Notes under the pieces: generated by a model
What the model saw: the letters and a program-made list of their open reading frames with translations, nothing else
The model's database searches: none
Told to the model about the DNA's origin: nothing
Source of the DNA: Candidatus Multivoradales bacterium
Lineage (GTDB): Bacteria > Acidobacteriota > Thermoanaerobaculia > Multivoradales > J023
DNA length: 64,000 nucleotides
Direction of reading: 5' to 3'
Assembly: GCA_965248925.1 (NCBI GenBank)
Contig: CBDFLE010000006.1
Span: 3,872,001-3,936,000 of the forward strand
Position numbers and translations under genes: made by a program
In this document: positions 1-9,851 of the stretch, one piece after another
Position numbering within the stretch: position 1 is the stretch's first letter
How the letters are laid out: the number at the start of each line of letters is the position of its first letter

Positions 1-1184
1 CAAGGCGCCGCCACCTCTGGGGCCTCATCCAGCTCGCCCTCCGAGCTTTCGAGAGCTTGCCAGATGCCGAGCCGCTGTCCTTTGCCAACCAGAAAATCGG
101 CCAGCAGGCGGTGTCCGGGCTCGGTGAAGTGTGATCGGTCCGGGGTGTTGTAGACCCATCCCCAATATTTGTTGGGCACCGTGTGGCGTCCATCGACCAG
201 CGGGGTGTCGAGTTTGGCGAACTCGTCTTGGAGGGAATCCATTAGCGGCTGTTGTCGAGCTGGATCGATCAATGGTGGGAAATCGTCGCGCTCGGGCGCC
301 TGATAGACCAGTACTCGACTGCCGCTCTCGGTGAGCATTCTGAGCAGTGCCCGCAAGCTGGCTAGGTTGTGGTGCAGATCGCGGTCGACGACGCCATAGA
401 CGTAGTCGATGCCTTCTTTGCGCACCAGCAGGTCGTCGATGGTCAGCGCGACCTTGCGGTAGACCGCCGCCCTCAGCTCGTTGCTGCGGCCGAGCAGCTG
501 TAGCCGCTGGCCGGCCCAGCTGCTCAACAGGCGGTCGAAGCGGTCGGCGGCGCTGCGTTGGCGTTCTAGGGCGAGCTCGCTGACGGCTCGCCGCTGCTCG
601 CTGGCCAGGGTCTCGAAGACTTCTGGAGCGTTGCCGGCTAGATCGGCCTTCGAGCCCAACCGCTGACCGAGGGATTCGCCAAACCCAGGGTCGCGGAAGA
701 GCTGGCGGATCTGCCGTCGAGTCTCCGAGCCACGGGCCAGGTTGCGAAAAGTCAGCCCGAGTACCACGACGGTCGGTCGTAAACCCTGCCGTTGCAGCTG
801 GGCGACGCGGGTGAGCATCTCGAAGCTGAGGAAGTTGGGATACGCCAGGCGGTAAAAGTGGGTCTGCGGGTAGCTCTCGCCAAGCCTCGCCGCCAGCTCG
901 TCGATCAACGTCGCGCCAGGATCCGGGCGCAGGGGCCGGCCGCGCTCCAAGCCGGGCAGGGCATAGGCGTGGGAGTTGCCGATCAGCAGCACGCTGGGGC
1001 CGCTATTCCAGCGCTTGGGCAGGTCCGTCGGGTCTTTCGCCAGGGCGGTTACGTTGCTGGCTCGGTGCCAGTCGGACGATGGCCCGGGGCCGTCTTGGGA
1101 AATGCGATGCGCTAGCCACTCGGTGGCGGCCAAGGTCGCCAGACAGACCAGGGCGGTGAGCAGGAGGTGGGAGCGGTCTGCCAT
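1..1184 (-). CDS. SGNH-hydrolase-like membrane-anchored protein (AlgJ/DltD-like polysaccharide acylation), runs off the window start
   Basis: Not in the ORF track because it has no stop in the window. Manual translation from ATG 1184 gives MADRSHLLLTALVCLATLAATEW (TM), SVLLIGNSHAY (block I) and PDRSHFTEPGHRLLA (DxxH). Confidence 0.75.
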   Translation of the reverse strand, partial: MADRSHLLLTALVCLATLAATEWLAHRISQDGPGPSSDWHRASNVTALAKDPTDLPKRWNSGPSVLLIGNSHAYALPGLERGRPLRPDPGATLIDELAARLGESYPQTHFYRLAYPNFLSFEMLTRVAQLQRQGLRPTVVVLGLTFRNLARGSETRRQIRQLFRDPGFGESLGQRLGSKADLAGNAPEVFETLASEQRRAVSELALERQRSAADRFDRLLSSWAGQRLQLLGRSNELRAAVYRKVALTIDDLLVRKEGIDYVYGVVDRDLHHNLASLRALLRMLTESGSRVLVYQAPERDDFPPLIDPARQQPLMDSLQDEFAKLDTPLVDGRHTVPNKYWGWVYNTPDRSHFTEPGHRLLADFLVGKGQRLGIWQALESSEGELDEAPEVAAP

Positions 1185-1456
1185 CGCTCAGCGTCCGCCG
1201 AAGGCTTGGCGCAGCCTGAAGAGACGTTGGGACGCCAAGCTGCGTTTGAACTCGGGCCTTGCGCGCTGGTCTAGCATGGTCAGAAGCTACCGCATTCAGT
1301 GCCCTCCTGGCGAGCTTGCAGAGATCCACGAGCAGTGGATGGGTCGCTGGCCATCGGTGTGGAGATGTCGATGGAGGCAGCCTCTCTACCCACGTCCAGG
1401 TTAGTCGTGGAGGCTAGAGATTTCTCTCGTCCAGCATTTGAGCTAAAGAAACTTAG

Positions 1457-1499
1457 GGAAAACGGTTCATTTCTAGAGGCGTAGAATGAACCGTTTTCC
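1457..1499. promoter_or_regulatory. Perfect 15-bp inverted repeat upstream of the giant secreted protein gene
   Basis: GGAAAACGGTTCATT (1457-1471), 13-nt spacer, AATGAACCGTTTTCC (1485-1499), in an AT-rich intergenic region. The function is inferred. Confidence 0.55.
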
Positions 1500-1630
1500 A
1501 GATCGTTGTATGTCGAGTAGGGTTACCTGTAGTGTTGAAATGCACAGGACCTGGCAGCGGTTCAACACGCAGACGAGCCCACATTGGCAGCAACTCGAAC
1601 TTCACACCTGCTAGACGAGAGGAACCTGGA

Positions 1631-4600
1631 ATGTTTTGGCCGAAGAAACTAAGAAGTGCATATATCCTTATCGCAATATTGTTCTCTGTACTCACCTTCA
1701 CTTCAGCGAATGCACTGCCGGTTGACATCCAACTGTTCAAGCCTGCGAATTCAACGGTTGCGGAGTGGCCGGTCAGCTTCGGAGTGCCATTTCGCAAAGG
1801 GCAAGCTTGGGAAGGCGGGCTAGTCGTTGTCGATGCGCAGAGCGTGGTCCAACCCTCTCAAGTCAAGGCCATGGCTACCTGGGACGACGGCAGCTTGCGT
1901 TGGGCATTGATTGATTTCAAACCCGATCTGATGCAGCAATACCAAATCGTTGCAGGGACACCAGCGAACCACAGCGACGATATTCAGCTGCCCAAGTCCT
2001 GCCCCGGTAGCCGCGGGAAGGGGACTAGCGGTGTAATTGCGATCGATACCACCGCGGCATGTTTCGAGATCGATGCCGACGCGGGGTTTCTCAGTCGAAT
2101 CTGGCTACGCGACACTGGCGGAAGCTTGATATCGGTGATCGATGCCGGCAGCGATGCGTTATACGTCGAACAGGTCGCCGGCCAGCGAGCCCTTTTTGAA
2201 CCATCGACGGCAACTTCTACAGTAATCGAACTCGACGGTCCACGGCATTTGGTAGTGAGAGTCGAGGGCGAGTACCGCTTCAACTCCGCCACCGTCGCCG
2301 CTGGCGTCGTCTACTACCATTTCTACGCCGGCCAGGCAGCGTTTCGCGTTAGCCACAAGCTGATCGTGACCGACGATCTCCCGGGCCCTTATCTGCTGGA
2401 GGCTGGACTCGAGCTGTCCCGGCCGGCAGCCGTGCCCGCGACCTTGGTGACTTTCAATAGCGACCACGACGATACCTCGGTGACCGCCGGCTTCAGCCTG
2501 AGCCCGACGGACCAGCTAGTGATGGTGCAGGATGCCTTTCCCTACTTCGAGAGTCTCGACAGCACCTTCGCAATCCGTAACCTGGCCACGGTCAATCCGC
2601 CGCTGCTCTCGGGCACCGCGGCTGGCGATTGGGCGGATCTCTCCGGCCCTAACTTCGGCATCGCGGCCCAGCTACCCGCCTTCGCGGAGCAGTTTCCAAA
2701 ATCTTTTGTTGCCGACCCCGGCTCGTTGTCGGTCAAGTTCTGGGCGCCGGAGCGTAGCACTGCCGCTCTGCCGGCCAGGCAGATGGATTTCAACGTCAGT
2801 CCATTCATGGACGAGTACTTCCCGGCTGCCAGCCTGCCGCCCGAATCGTGGATTCTAGGCGATTCGCCAGCACGCACCAATCTGGTTGTTGGTACTGGCA
2901 GCGCGCGCACACACGAGCTCTGGATCTACCCCCATCTCGGGCCGCTGACCAACGGGTTAGTCAGTGGATTCGGCGGCAAGGAGGATGAGATCTTTGCTCT
3001 GCCCGATCCGCAGTGGATTTCTTCCACCGGGGCGATGGGTGTTTGGAAAGCAGAAGGGCCGGAGTTCGCGGAGGTCGAGCAGGCCCTGGACGACTATCTG
3101 GACCGAGCGGCGTTCGCCAAAGACAAAGTGTTTCCCGCCGCCGGCTACTTCTACTATGGGATGTATCCGTTTTCTGCCCAGCTTTGGTCGACCGGAAATC
3201 TGGTGATGCCGGCCCGCTGGTCGCCACAGGCCAACCGGCTGGCACGTGGTCTTGAGTACAATTTTCGTCGTGCGCTTTGGACTTTGGTGGCGCGGGGAGG
3301 CGAAGCGCGTTATTTCCATTTGGCGCGCCAGATGACCCGTCACTTTAGAGATTTCCTGTTCTCAAGCTGGCAAATCGCCTGTAAGCCGAAGGGCTGGATG
3401 ATACTTGGCGGAGTCAACACAGTATTCGCGACACCGGTGTTATGGGGACAGTTCAGCAATCAGGCTACCGCCTCAAACTGTGCCAATGTGCCAGCCAACT
3501 TCAATCACGATACCGGTGTTGCTCTGGTTTATGAGAGCAGCGGTGACATTATCCAGTTCGTCTACGACTACTTTCTGACCGGCGATTTCCACTCTCGTGA
3601 CATGGCAACAGAGTGGCGCGACGCGATGATCGCCGAGATGACGGTCGGTGGGCAGCTTGACGTCGACAAGGCGATGTTGTTCAACCCAGAGACGGAGTTT
3701 CTGCGGCCTTTGTCAGCAGCCTACGAGCTGGACCACGATCTGGCGCTGTGGCAATACGGTCACGAGGTTCTCGGCCGAATGCCAGCGCCTTTTCCGCTGC
3801 CTGAGCAGCTGCACGGCAATTGGGTTTATGGCATCAAGACCACCCAACTCACCGGGCAGCTGGCGACACGCCTGTTTCGTGTCGCGCCAGATGGCGGGGT
3901 GGTCGAAGACCTCGGCGCGTTACTGGTAGCCGGCGTTGGGGCGAGATTTGACGGCCTGGCGATCTCTCACCAAGGGAAACTTTACGCCTTCGAAGTCAAT
4001 GGAAATCCTCAGCCACCGGTGCAGGGTGGCGTCGGTTCGCGCCTGGTGACGTTTGAGTTGTCGGCCGCGCCACCGGCGAATATCGAGGTTTCGATGGACC
4101 TGTCATTCTTCGCGGGGCAAGTGGTGGGAGCAGCTTTCGACACAGCGGGCCACCTGTGGGCGCTGGATCTAAACAGTCACTTGTTCCAGGTCGATCTGGC
4201 GACGGGTGCCAAGGTCGTTGGCAGCACCCGTGCTATTGCGGTGCAGAGCGTAGGCATCGCTTTCCCGACCGCGCTCAGTGCCGCCATGGACGGGTCTCTC
4301 TATGGCCTGTGGCAGGAGCGCCGACCCTCGATGATCTACGACTATCTGTTTCAGATTGATCCGGGAGAGGGCTACCAGGAGATCTTCAGAGAACAGTGGA
4401 AGACTTCTACTAGTGCTGGACCCGATGGGATTTACGGCCTCGCATTTCTTCGCGGTGCCGACTCGCCGGATCATCTCTTTGCCCTGCGTTGCGGCCCGGT
4501 GGACGAGCTGGTGAGGTTTGATCTCGATGCTGTGGATCCGGTGAGCGGACAGGTGTCTTTGGTCGGTGGCTTGTTGCCTGCCAGCGATTGTGACGCTGGA

Positions 4601-6706
4601 ACCGCGGACTTGGCGGGACTGAGGACCGTCGGGTTCCCGGAGTCATTCGACCCCAGCCTCGGCCTGAGTGTGTCGGCAAAGGCCGGCGAGTACTTCCAGT
4701 CTCTCTATTCTTACTACGTGTCTACCGGGGATGAACGTGCTAGAGATTTCTTAGTGCGCCGCGTGCAGACCGCCTACTGGTTGGGCGCGGTGAGCAATAT
4801 TTCCCGTGACTTCCAAGGCCGCCATAACAAGGATCTGATGACTTCCCTGCTGGCGGCGTATGACGCGACCGACAACCGTGTTTTTCGAGATCTTGCGGCC
4901 GCGGCCGCCGAGGATCTGCCCCGCAACGAGATCGGTCTTGCCGAGCAGGGGCTGTTGATCGACACTCTTCACCCGTTGACGGCGGATGACTTTGGGCCGC
5001 AGAGCCTCGCGTCACACGATGTGCACACCATCGGCTTACCTTTAGCCATGAATGCCCTCGCCAACACGAATCCGGTGCACCGGTACCTGCCTCTGGCAGT
5101 CAAGGGCTTCCCCACGGCGCGGACTTATCTCTTGTTCAATCGTACGGATTCGAGTCCTGCTTTTCTCGACATCGCGGTCTGGAATGTCGGCGAACCAAGG
5201 GTTCGGCCACGGTTGCTGGACGCAAGTGTCCCGGCGCAAGAAGTCGGTCTGCGAGTCTGGGATCATCGGTGGCAGCGGATCATCGATGGGACGGAACTCG
5301 GTAACGAGGTTCGGAGTACTCTCGGAGGCCGCCGTGAAGGGTACCATTTCTTCCGCGTGGAGATTCCGTCGAGCGTTGGGCCGGGCATCTATCACCTGGA
5401 CTTGGGGGAGCAGGTTGCCTTCGCACTGCTCGATTCCGACATCGAACAGGTGCTGCAAGTAGCTCCTGAAGGTATCCCGCTGATGCGCGCCAAACCCTAT
5501 TACTTCGTGGTCCCTGATGGGGTCAGTGAGGTCCACTTCTTCACCCACCGCGGGGTTGCCGTGTGGGACCCACAAGGAAACGAGGTGGTTGTCGAGTTCG
5601 ACCCGGGCGATGGGTCATCGACCGATCTAGGCAAGCGCTTCTTCCCGGTTTCTCAATCTGGCATCTGGAAGATGCAGGCGGTCAACGGGATCCGCCCAGG
5701 TGCCACAGCCGGCGACCCGCCACTGCCCAACCCCATTTTCAGGAATTTGGATTCGGCCGATACTTTCGTGCGCTTTCTCCAGGATCAGTCTGGCAACGAC
5801 TTGCCTCTGATCATCGCTCTCGGTGAGGCTTCGAGAATATTCGACCTCGACCCCGACTTCTACCCGAGCTCCGCTCCTTCTGGACTGGGCTGGCCGCCAT
5901 CCGCCGACGGTCAGTTTACCAAAGGACGCTTTGGTCTCGGCTTCGGGGTGAAGAATCGGTGGGTTGAGTTAGATTTACCTGCGGCTGGATTGGACGCCAC
6001 CTTCCCCACCGAAAAGGGAACTGCCGAGTTCTGGTATCAGCCTATGCAGGACGGCAATGTGGCATCTTATGACAATCTCGAAGCCCAGAACATTCACTAC
6101 TTGTTTGCCGTGCTTGGGCCGGGTGCATCCAACTTCGCCCCACACTACTCCATCAAGAAGAGATCTGCTCAAGATGGCAACCGAGAGGGAGGTATCTACA
6201 ACACCGGGACGATGATTGCCCGAGTAGAGGGTGGGACGTTGAAAACTCCGGGTTGGTTTTATCCGGCCGAAGGCCGCTGGTACCATGTGGCGATGACTTG
6301 GGATCTAGATCCCGATCCCGACGAGGCCGGAGAGCCCGGTGTGCTTCGGCTGTTTGTCAATGGCCGGGAGAAGGGTAAGTTACTCCCTAAACAAGGTGTG
6401 ATAGGCCTGACGAACGTTCTGGGTGCTGTCTTGCGTCTTGGCTCTTACCACGACCTCGCGGCGTCGGCTTTCTTTGTCGGTGTGGTTGTCGACGAACTCA
6501 GAGTGTCTAAGACTCTGCGCTATGGCGGCGATTTCACCCCGCCGCGGGCGGCCTTTGTCTGGGATGACGATACCTACTTACTGATGCCGTTGGATGGCGA
6601 CCTCTCAGCGGCAACATCCCCGACCACTTCGATCACAGGGGCTCTTACATGTGCGATGAGAGTTGGCGGTATAGAGTATCTCCGCCCCGGGGTCCCGTGT
6701 CCCTAG
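1631..6706 (+). CDS. Large secreted multidomain protein: exo-rhamnogalacturonan lyase (PcRGLX/YetA)-like N-terminal and helical domains, internal beta-propeller, C-terminal LamG/ConA-like domain
   Basis: Signal peptide MFWPKKLRSAYILIAILFSVLTFTSANA. YetA/PcRGLX-like WPVSFGVPF...WDDGSLRWALIDF. Propeller-like blades (GLAISHQGKLYAF, GAAFDTAGHLWAL, AAMDGSLYGL). LamG motifs GTAEFWYQP, WYHVAMTWD, LFVNG, DELRVS. Confidence 0.7.
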   Translation: MFWPKKLRSAYILIAILFSVLTFTSANALPVDIQLFKPANSTVAEWPVSFGVPFRKGQAWEGGLVVVDAQSVVQPSQVKAMATWDDGSLRWALIDFKPDLMQQYQIVAGTPANHSDDIQLPKSCPGSRGKGTSGVIAIDTTAACFEIDADAGFLSRIWLRDTGGSLISVIDAGSDALYVEQVAGQRALFEPSTATSTVIELDGPRHLVVRVEGEYRFNSATVAAGVVYYHFYAGQAAFRVSHKLIVTDDLPGPYLLEAGLELSRPAAVPATLVTFNSDHDDTSVTAGFSLSPTDQLVMVQDAFPYFESLDSTFAIRNLATVNPPLLSGTAAGDWADLSGPNFGIAAQLPAFAEQFPKSFVADPGSLSVKFWAPERSTAALPARQMDFNVSPFMDEYFPAASLPPESWILGDSPARTNLVVGTGSARTHELWIYPHLGPLTNGLVSGFGGKEDEIFALPDPQWISSTGAMGVWKAEGPEFAEVEQALDDYLDRAAFAKDKVFPAAGYFYYGMYPFSAQLWSTGNLVMPARWSPQANRLARGLEYNFRRALWTLVARGGEARYFHLARQMTRHFRDFLFSSWQIACKPKGWMILGGVNTVFATPVLWGQFSNQATASNCANVPANFNHDTGVALVYESSGDIIQFVYDYFLTGDFHSRDMATEWRDAMIAEMTVGGQLDVDKAMLFNPETEFLRPLSAAYELDHDLALWQYGHEVLGRMPAPFPLPEQLHGNWVYGIKTTQLTGQLATRLFRVAPDGGVVEDLGALLVAGVGARFDGLAISHQGKLYAFEVNGNPQPPVQGGVGSRLVTFELSAAPPANIEVSMDLSFFAGQVVGAAFDTAGHLWALDLNSHLFQVDLATGAKVVGSTRAIAVQSVGIAFPTALSAAMDGSLYGLWQERRPSMIYDYLFQIDPGEGYQEIFREQWKTSTSAGPDGIYGLAFLRGADSPDHLFALRCGPVDELVRFDLDAVDPVSGQVSLVGGLLPASDCDAGTADLAGLRTVGFPESFDPSLGLSVSAKAGEYFQSLYSYYVSTGDERARDFLVRRVQTAYWLGAVSNISRDFQGRHNKDLMTSLLAAYDATDNRVFRDLAAAAAEDLPRNEIGLAEQGLLIDTLHPLTADDFGPQSLASHDVHTIGLPLAMNALANTNPVHRYLPLAVKGFPTARTYLLFNRTDSSPAFLDIAVWNVGEPRVRPRLLDASVPAQEVGLRVWDHRWQRIIDGTELGNEVRSTLGGRREGYHFFRVEIPSSVGPGIYHLDLGEQVAFALLDSDIEQVLQVAPEGIPLMRAKPYYFVVPDGVSEVHFFTHRGVAVWDPQGNEVVVEFDPGDGSSTDLGKRFFPVSQSGIWKMQAVNGIRPGATAGDPPLPNPIFRNLDSADTFVRFLQDQSGNDLPLIIALGEASRIFDLDPDFYPSSAPSGLGWPPSADGQFTKGRFGLGFGVKNRWVELDLPAAGLDATFPTEKGTAEFWYQPMQDGNVASYDNLEAQNIHYLFAVLGPGASNFAPHYSIKKRSAQDGNREGGIYNTGTMIARVEGGTLKTPGWFYPAEGRWYHVAMTWDLDPDPDEAGEPGVLRLFVNGREKGKLLPKQGVIGLTNVLGAVLRLGSYHDLAASAFFVGVVVDELRVSKTLRYGGDFTPPRAAFVWDDDTYLLMPLDGDLSAATSPTTSITGALTCAMRVGGIEYLRPGVPCP

Positions 6707-7962
6707 CTAGGTGCGCACCGGCTGGGAAGGCGCGCTAGAAACCGATGCAGTTGCTCGACTATGCGCGCCCGGTCGTAGGTGCTCTCGGCGGCCAACCTAC
6801 CGGCCCGGCCGAGTTCGGCGAAGGTGTTTGCATCGGCGACCAGGGCGGTGAAGGCGTTGCGGATGGCTGCTGGATCATCGGGCGAGACGGCGATGCCGCA
6901 GCCTGCCGCCTCGACTCGCCGAGCGGGTTCACCCTCGGCGATCAACAGAATCGGCAGGCTGGAGGCCATTGCTTCGTAGATCTTGCTCGGCACCGCACCG
7001 GGAATCTGACTGCCGAGGCTGATCAAGGCGGCATCGGCAGCCGCCAGCAAGGGTGGGATCTTTTCCCGCGGTTGCGCCTGTAACAGGCGAACCCGATCGA
7101 TGCGTTCCTCCCGCAGACGCTCTTCGAGATGCTCGCGGACTGGGCCGTCGCCGACCAGCACGAAGCGTCCTGGAACTTCCCGCGGCAAGGCGGTGGCCAA
7201 ATCGAGTACGCGGTCGAGCCCCTGGGCGATGCCCAGCAGGCCGGCGTAGATAAACACCGGGCCGGGCTCGTCACCGATCAAGTGGCGGGCTTCCGCGGTT
7301 GCCTGTTCGGCGCCGAAGCGACTCGGATCGCAGCCGTTGGTGATCACCGCGGTTGCCTTGCCGGGCACCTTTCGCTGGACGTGCTCGATGATCTCGTTGC
7401 TTTGACCCGTGATCGCGGCGGCCTGGCGGTAGAGCTTGAGTTCCAGACGCTCGGCGACACGCACTGCCGGGTGGTTGGAGCGCAGCATGCCGACGCTGAC
7501 AAAGGATTGGGGCCACAAGTCGCTGACGTTGAGCACAAAGGGACAGCGCCAGCGCCAAGCCAACCAGCGAGCCGCCCAGCCGATGAACAGAGGCGGTGAT
7601 TCGACCAGGATCAAATCGGGGCGAGAGACTACTCGCGGGCCCAGCAGACTGGCCGTGAGGGCGAACGACAGGTAGGAGATCAGCCGCTGCGCGATGCCGC
7701 TCTTGGCCGGCCACAGGGGCACTCGGCCGACCGCCAGATCGCCGACTTCTTCCCGCACTGTCCGCCAGCGGGAGTAGCCCGGAAGGATTCGGCCGGTGGG
7801 GTAATTGGGCAGCGCGGTCAGCACCTCCACCTGCCAGCCGAGCTGGGCGAGACCCTGGCCGAGTTCCGACAGCCGTACTTGAGGGGCACCCATCTCGGGC
7901 ACGAAATATTGACTCAGCAGCAGCAATCGGCGGCCTTTGGCCCTGCTCTGATCAGAGGGCAT
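6703..7962 (-). CDS. Glycosyltransferase family 4 (WcaI/WbuB-like)
   Basis: SQYFVPEMGA, TALPNYPTG, ESPPLF, YAGLLGIAQGL and PSKIYEAMAS motifs. Confidence 0.92.
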   Translation of the reverse strand: MPSDQSRAKGRRLLLLSQYFVPEMGAPQVRLSELGQGLAQLGWQVEVLTALPNYPTGRILPGYSRWRTVREEVGDLAVGRVPLWPAKSGIAQRLISYLSFALTASLLGPRVVSRPDLILVESPPLFIGWAARWLAWRWRCPFVLNVSDLWPQSFVSVGMLRSNHPAVRVAERLELKLYRQAAAITGQSNEIIEHVQRKVPGKATAVITNGCDPSRFGAEQATAEARHLIGDEPGPVFIYAGLLGIAQGLDRVLDLATALPREVPGRFVLVGDGPVREHLEERLREERIDRVRLLQAQPREKIPPLLAAADAALISLGSQIPGAVPSKIYEAMASSLPILLIAEGEPARRVEAAGCGIAVSPDDPAAIRNAFTALVADANTFAELGRAGRLAAESTYDRARIVEQLHRFLARLPSRCAPS

Positions 7963-9013
7963 CGTGCAGCCCCCAGCCCATATGCCAGCTATTCATGTGG
8001 TCGACCTCGGCATGCGGGTAGTCGTTGCGCTTGACGATGAAGAAAAAGTCGTGGGGCAGCCAGCGGCGGGGCACTTCGCGGAAGCCGACGCGGCCTACCG
8101 ATCGTTCTTGCCGCGGCTCGGCCAGCATCAAGGCCAGCAGGTCTGGAGCCTCGCCGCTGTCACCCAAATTGCGTTCGAGGCTGGCCAGCGCGCCGCTGGT
8201 GCTGTGGCCTTCCGGGTCGCCGGCGGTCACCAGGTCGATTACCCAGACGATCTCCAGGCCGAAACGCTGCTGTCGGCGAGTGACCAGGTAGCCGATCGCC
8301 TGGCCGCCAGCGCTCAGCCGATAGCGTTGGTAGGAGTGTGGCGCGTCGTCGTAGCGCCAGCGCAGAAACTCGGGTGAGCGATCAAAGGTCATACCCTTGG
8401 TTTGCAGCAGGCTGCCGAGTTCGCCGTCGGCACCCGCGAACGACGGCATGGGCTCGATCTCTAACCTCCGGCCGCGATCGCGGTAGAGGCGACGGTAGGC
8501 AGCCAACGCTGGCCTGGCGAGGTGGAAGACCGGCGAGCGGCGAGCTAGGCCGGCACTGCTCAGCAGCTTGACGAAGACCCGTGGTTGGCCAGCCGCTGCC
8601 CAGCCCAACTTGTGGATGAAGAGCGGATGCGATTTGTGGTTGGGAAAGCCGTAAAAAGGCACTTCCCGAGGCATGGTCGCGGTGACCTGGCGTTCGAGGT
8701 TGCCGAAGATGCCGCGGCGATGGTGATCGGGGTGGATCATGCCGTCGAGGGCTACGTAGCCGCGAAGAGAGCGTCCGCGGTGGCGCAGGGGCAAGGCGGC
8801 GAAGGCGAATTGCCCCACCAACCGACCCGCGACTTCGGCGACCCTGATGTAGCTCTCACCGGCCGGGTTGTCGACAAATCGCCAGCGCCAATGCTCGGCT
8901 CTCATCTCGCTGCCGAAAACTTTCTCGTAGAGCTGACGCAGGGCCTCTGTATCGTCGGCTCGAAAGGGTCGATACTCGACTGGCGGCAAGCTAGAGCGGC
9001 TAGTCGAGGTCAT
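7952..9013 (-). CDS. GNAT family N-acetyl/acyltransferase (polysaccharide-locus type)
   Basis: WRWRFVDNPAG, DGMIHPDHHRRGIF, FYGFPN and RSPEFLRWRY. Confidence 0.8.
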   Translation of the reverse strand: MTSTSRSSLPPVEYRPFRADDTEALRQLYEKVFGSEMRAEHWRWRFVDNPAGESYIRVAEVAGRLVGQFAFAALPLRHRGRSLRGYVALDGMIHPDHHRRGIFGNLERQVTATMPREVPFYGFPNHKSHPLFIHKLGWAAAGQPRVFVKLLSSAGLARRSPVFHLARPALAAYRRLYRDRGRRLEIEPMPSFAGADGELGSLLQTKGMTFDRSPEFLRWRYDDAPHSYQRYRLSAGGQAIGYLVTRRQQRFGLEIVWVIDLVTAGDPEGHSTSGALASLERNLGDSGEAPDLLALMLAEPRQERSVGRVGFREVPRRWLPHDFFFIVKRNDYPHAEVDHMNSWHMGWGLHDAL

Positions 9014-9851
9014 GGTGGCGCCTCAAATAGTCGCGCATCGTGGTTGCCCGGAAGGTGCTAAACAGGCGCCTCAGCTTGCCGTCGAGACGACCGCTGGAGT
9101 AGTTGTGGCGCAGGCGGCGGAGCAGCGACATCGGTAGGTGGCGGGGGAAGACACCGCCGATCTCATAGGGATGCAGGTAGCTCATGGGATCGGCGCTGGC
9201 CTGCAAACAACGCTGGGTTAGCCACCAGGGGAAGAGGCGTAGGTAGCCGCCGCCACCGACCACCAGCCGATGACCGCCGGGTAGCCGCGCGGTGGTTGCG
9301 GGGAACTCCAACAGGCCATTGCCGAGCCGATAGACGGCGCGTTGATCGGTGGTGCCGGCATAGACGTCGTGCAGGGTAGTGGGGTTCAAGCTGGCGTCGT
9401 AGCGGAAGCCGATTTTCGCCATGTGGTCGAGCAGCCAGCTATCTTGGCGCAAGGAGAAATCCGGCGCCCGAAAGCCGATCACCGGCTCGCCGATGGCGTC
9501 TTCGAGGGCTTTCTTGGAGCGTTCGATTTGCTGCGTCGCCGGTTCCTTACCCAGCCGCAGCAGGCGGCGGTGGTGAAATGAGTGGCTGGCGATCTCGTGC
9601 CCCGCCTGGTGGATGCGTCGTACCAAGCCGGGCAGCCGCTCGGCGATCCAGCCGAGGATGAAGAAGGTGGCCCGCACCTGGTGGTGGTAGAGCAACTGGA
9701 GGCAGGCCTCGGCATTGGCTTCGAGTTCGGCATCGATCTCGAAGCGCGGCTCTTCGGCGGCGATTGGAAAGCTCTCCTCCATTGCTTCGACGTAACCCTC
9801 GAAGTCGATCGAGAAGGCCAGCCAGCGGCGATGCTCGGTGTTGGCGCTCAT
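9000..9851 (-). CDS. Polysaccharide deacetylase family protein (DUF3473 / PEP-CTERM-locus type)
   Basis: FSIDFE, ATFFILGW, GHEIASHSFHH, GFRAPDFS, GGGYLRLFP, YLHPYE. The likely start is MSANTEH at 9851, overlapping the upstream stop. Confidence 0.88.
   Translation of the reverse strand: MSANTEHRRWLAFSIDFEGYVEAMEESFPIAAEEPRFEIDAELEANAEACLQLLYHHQVRATFFILGWIAERLPGLVRRIHQAGHEIASHSFHHRRLLRLGKEPATQQIERSKKALEDAIGEPVIGFRAPDFSLRQDSWLLDHMAKIGFRYDASLNPTTLHDVYAGTTDQRAVYRLGNGLLEFPATTARLPGGHRLVVGGGGYLRLFPWWLTQRCLQASADPMSYLHPYEIGGVFPRHLPMSLLRRLRHNYSSGRLDGKLRRLFSTFRATTMRDYLRRHHDLD

Noticed and set aside
3800-4630. Insertion in the giant protein as an intein
   Set aside because: No N-terminal Cys/Ser block, no terminal His-Asn and no LAGLIDADG motifs. 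The repeats look like propeller blades.
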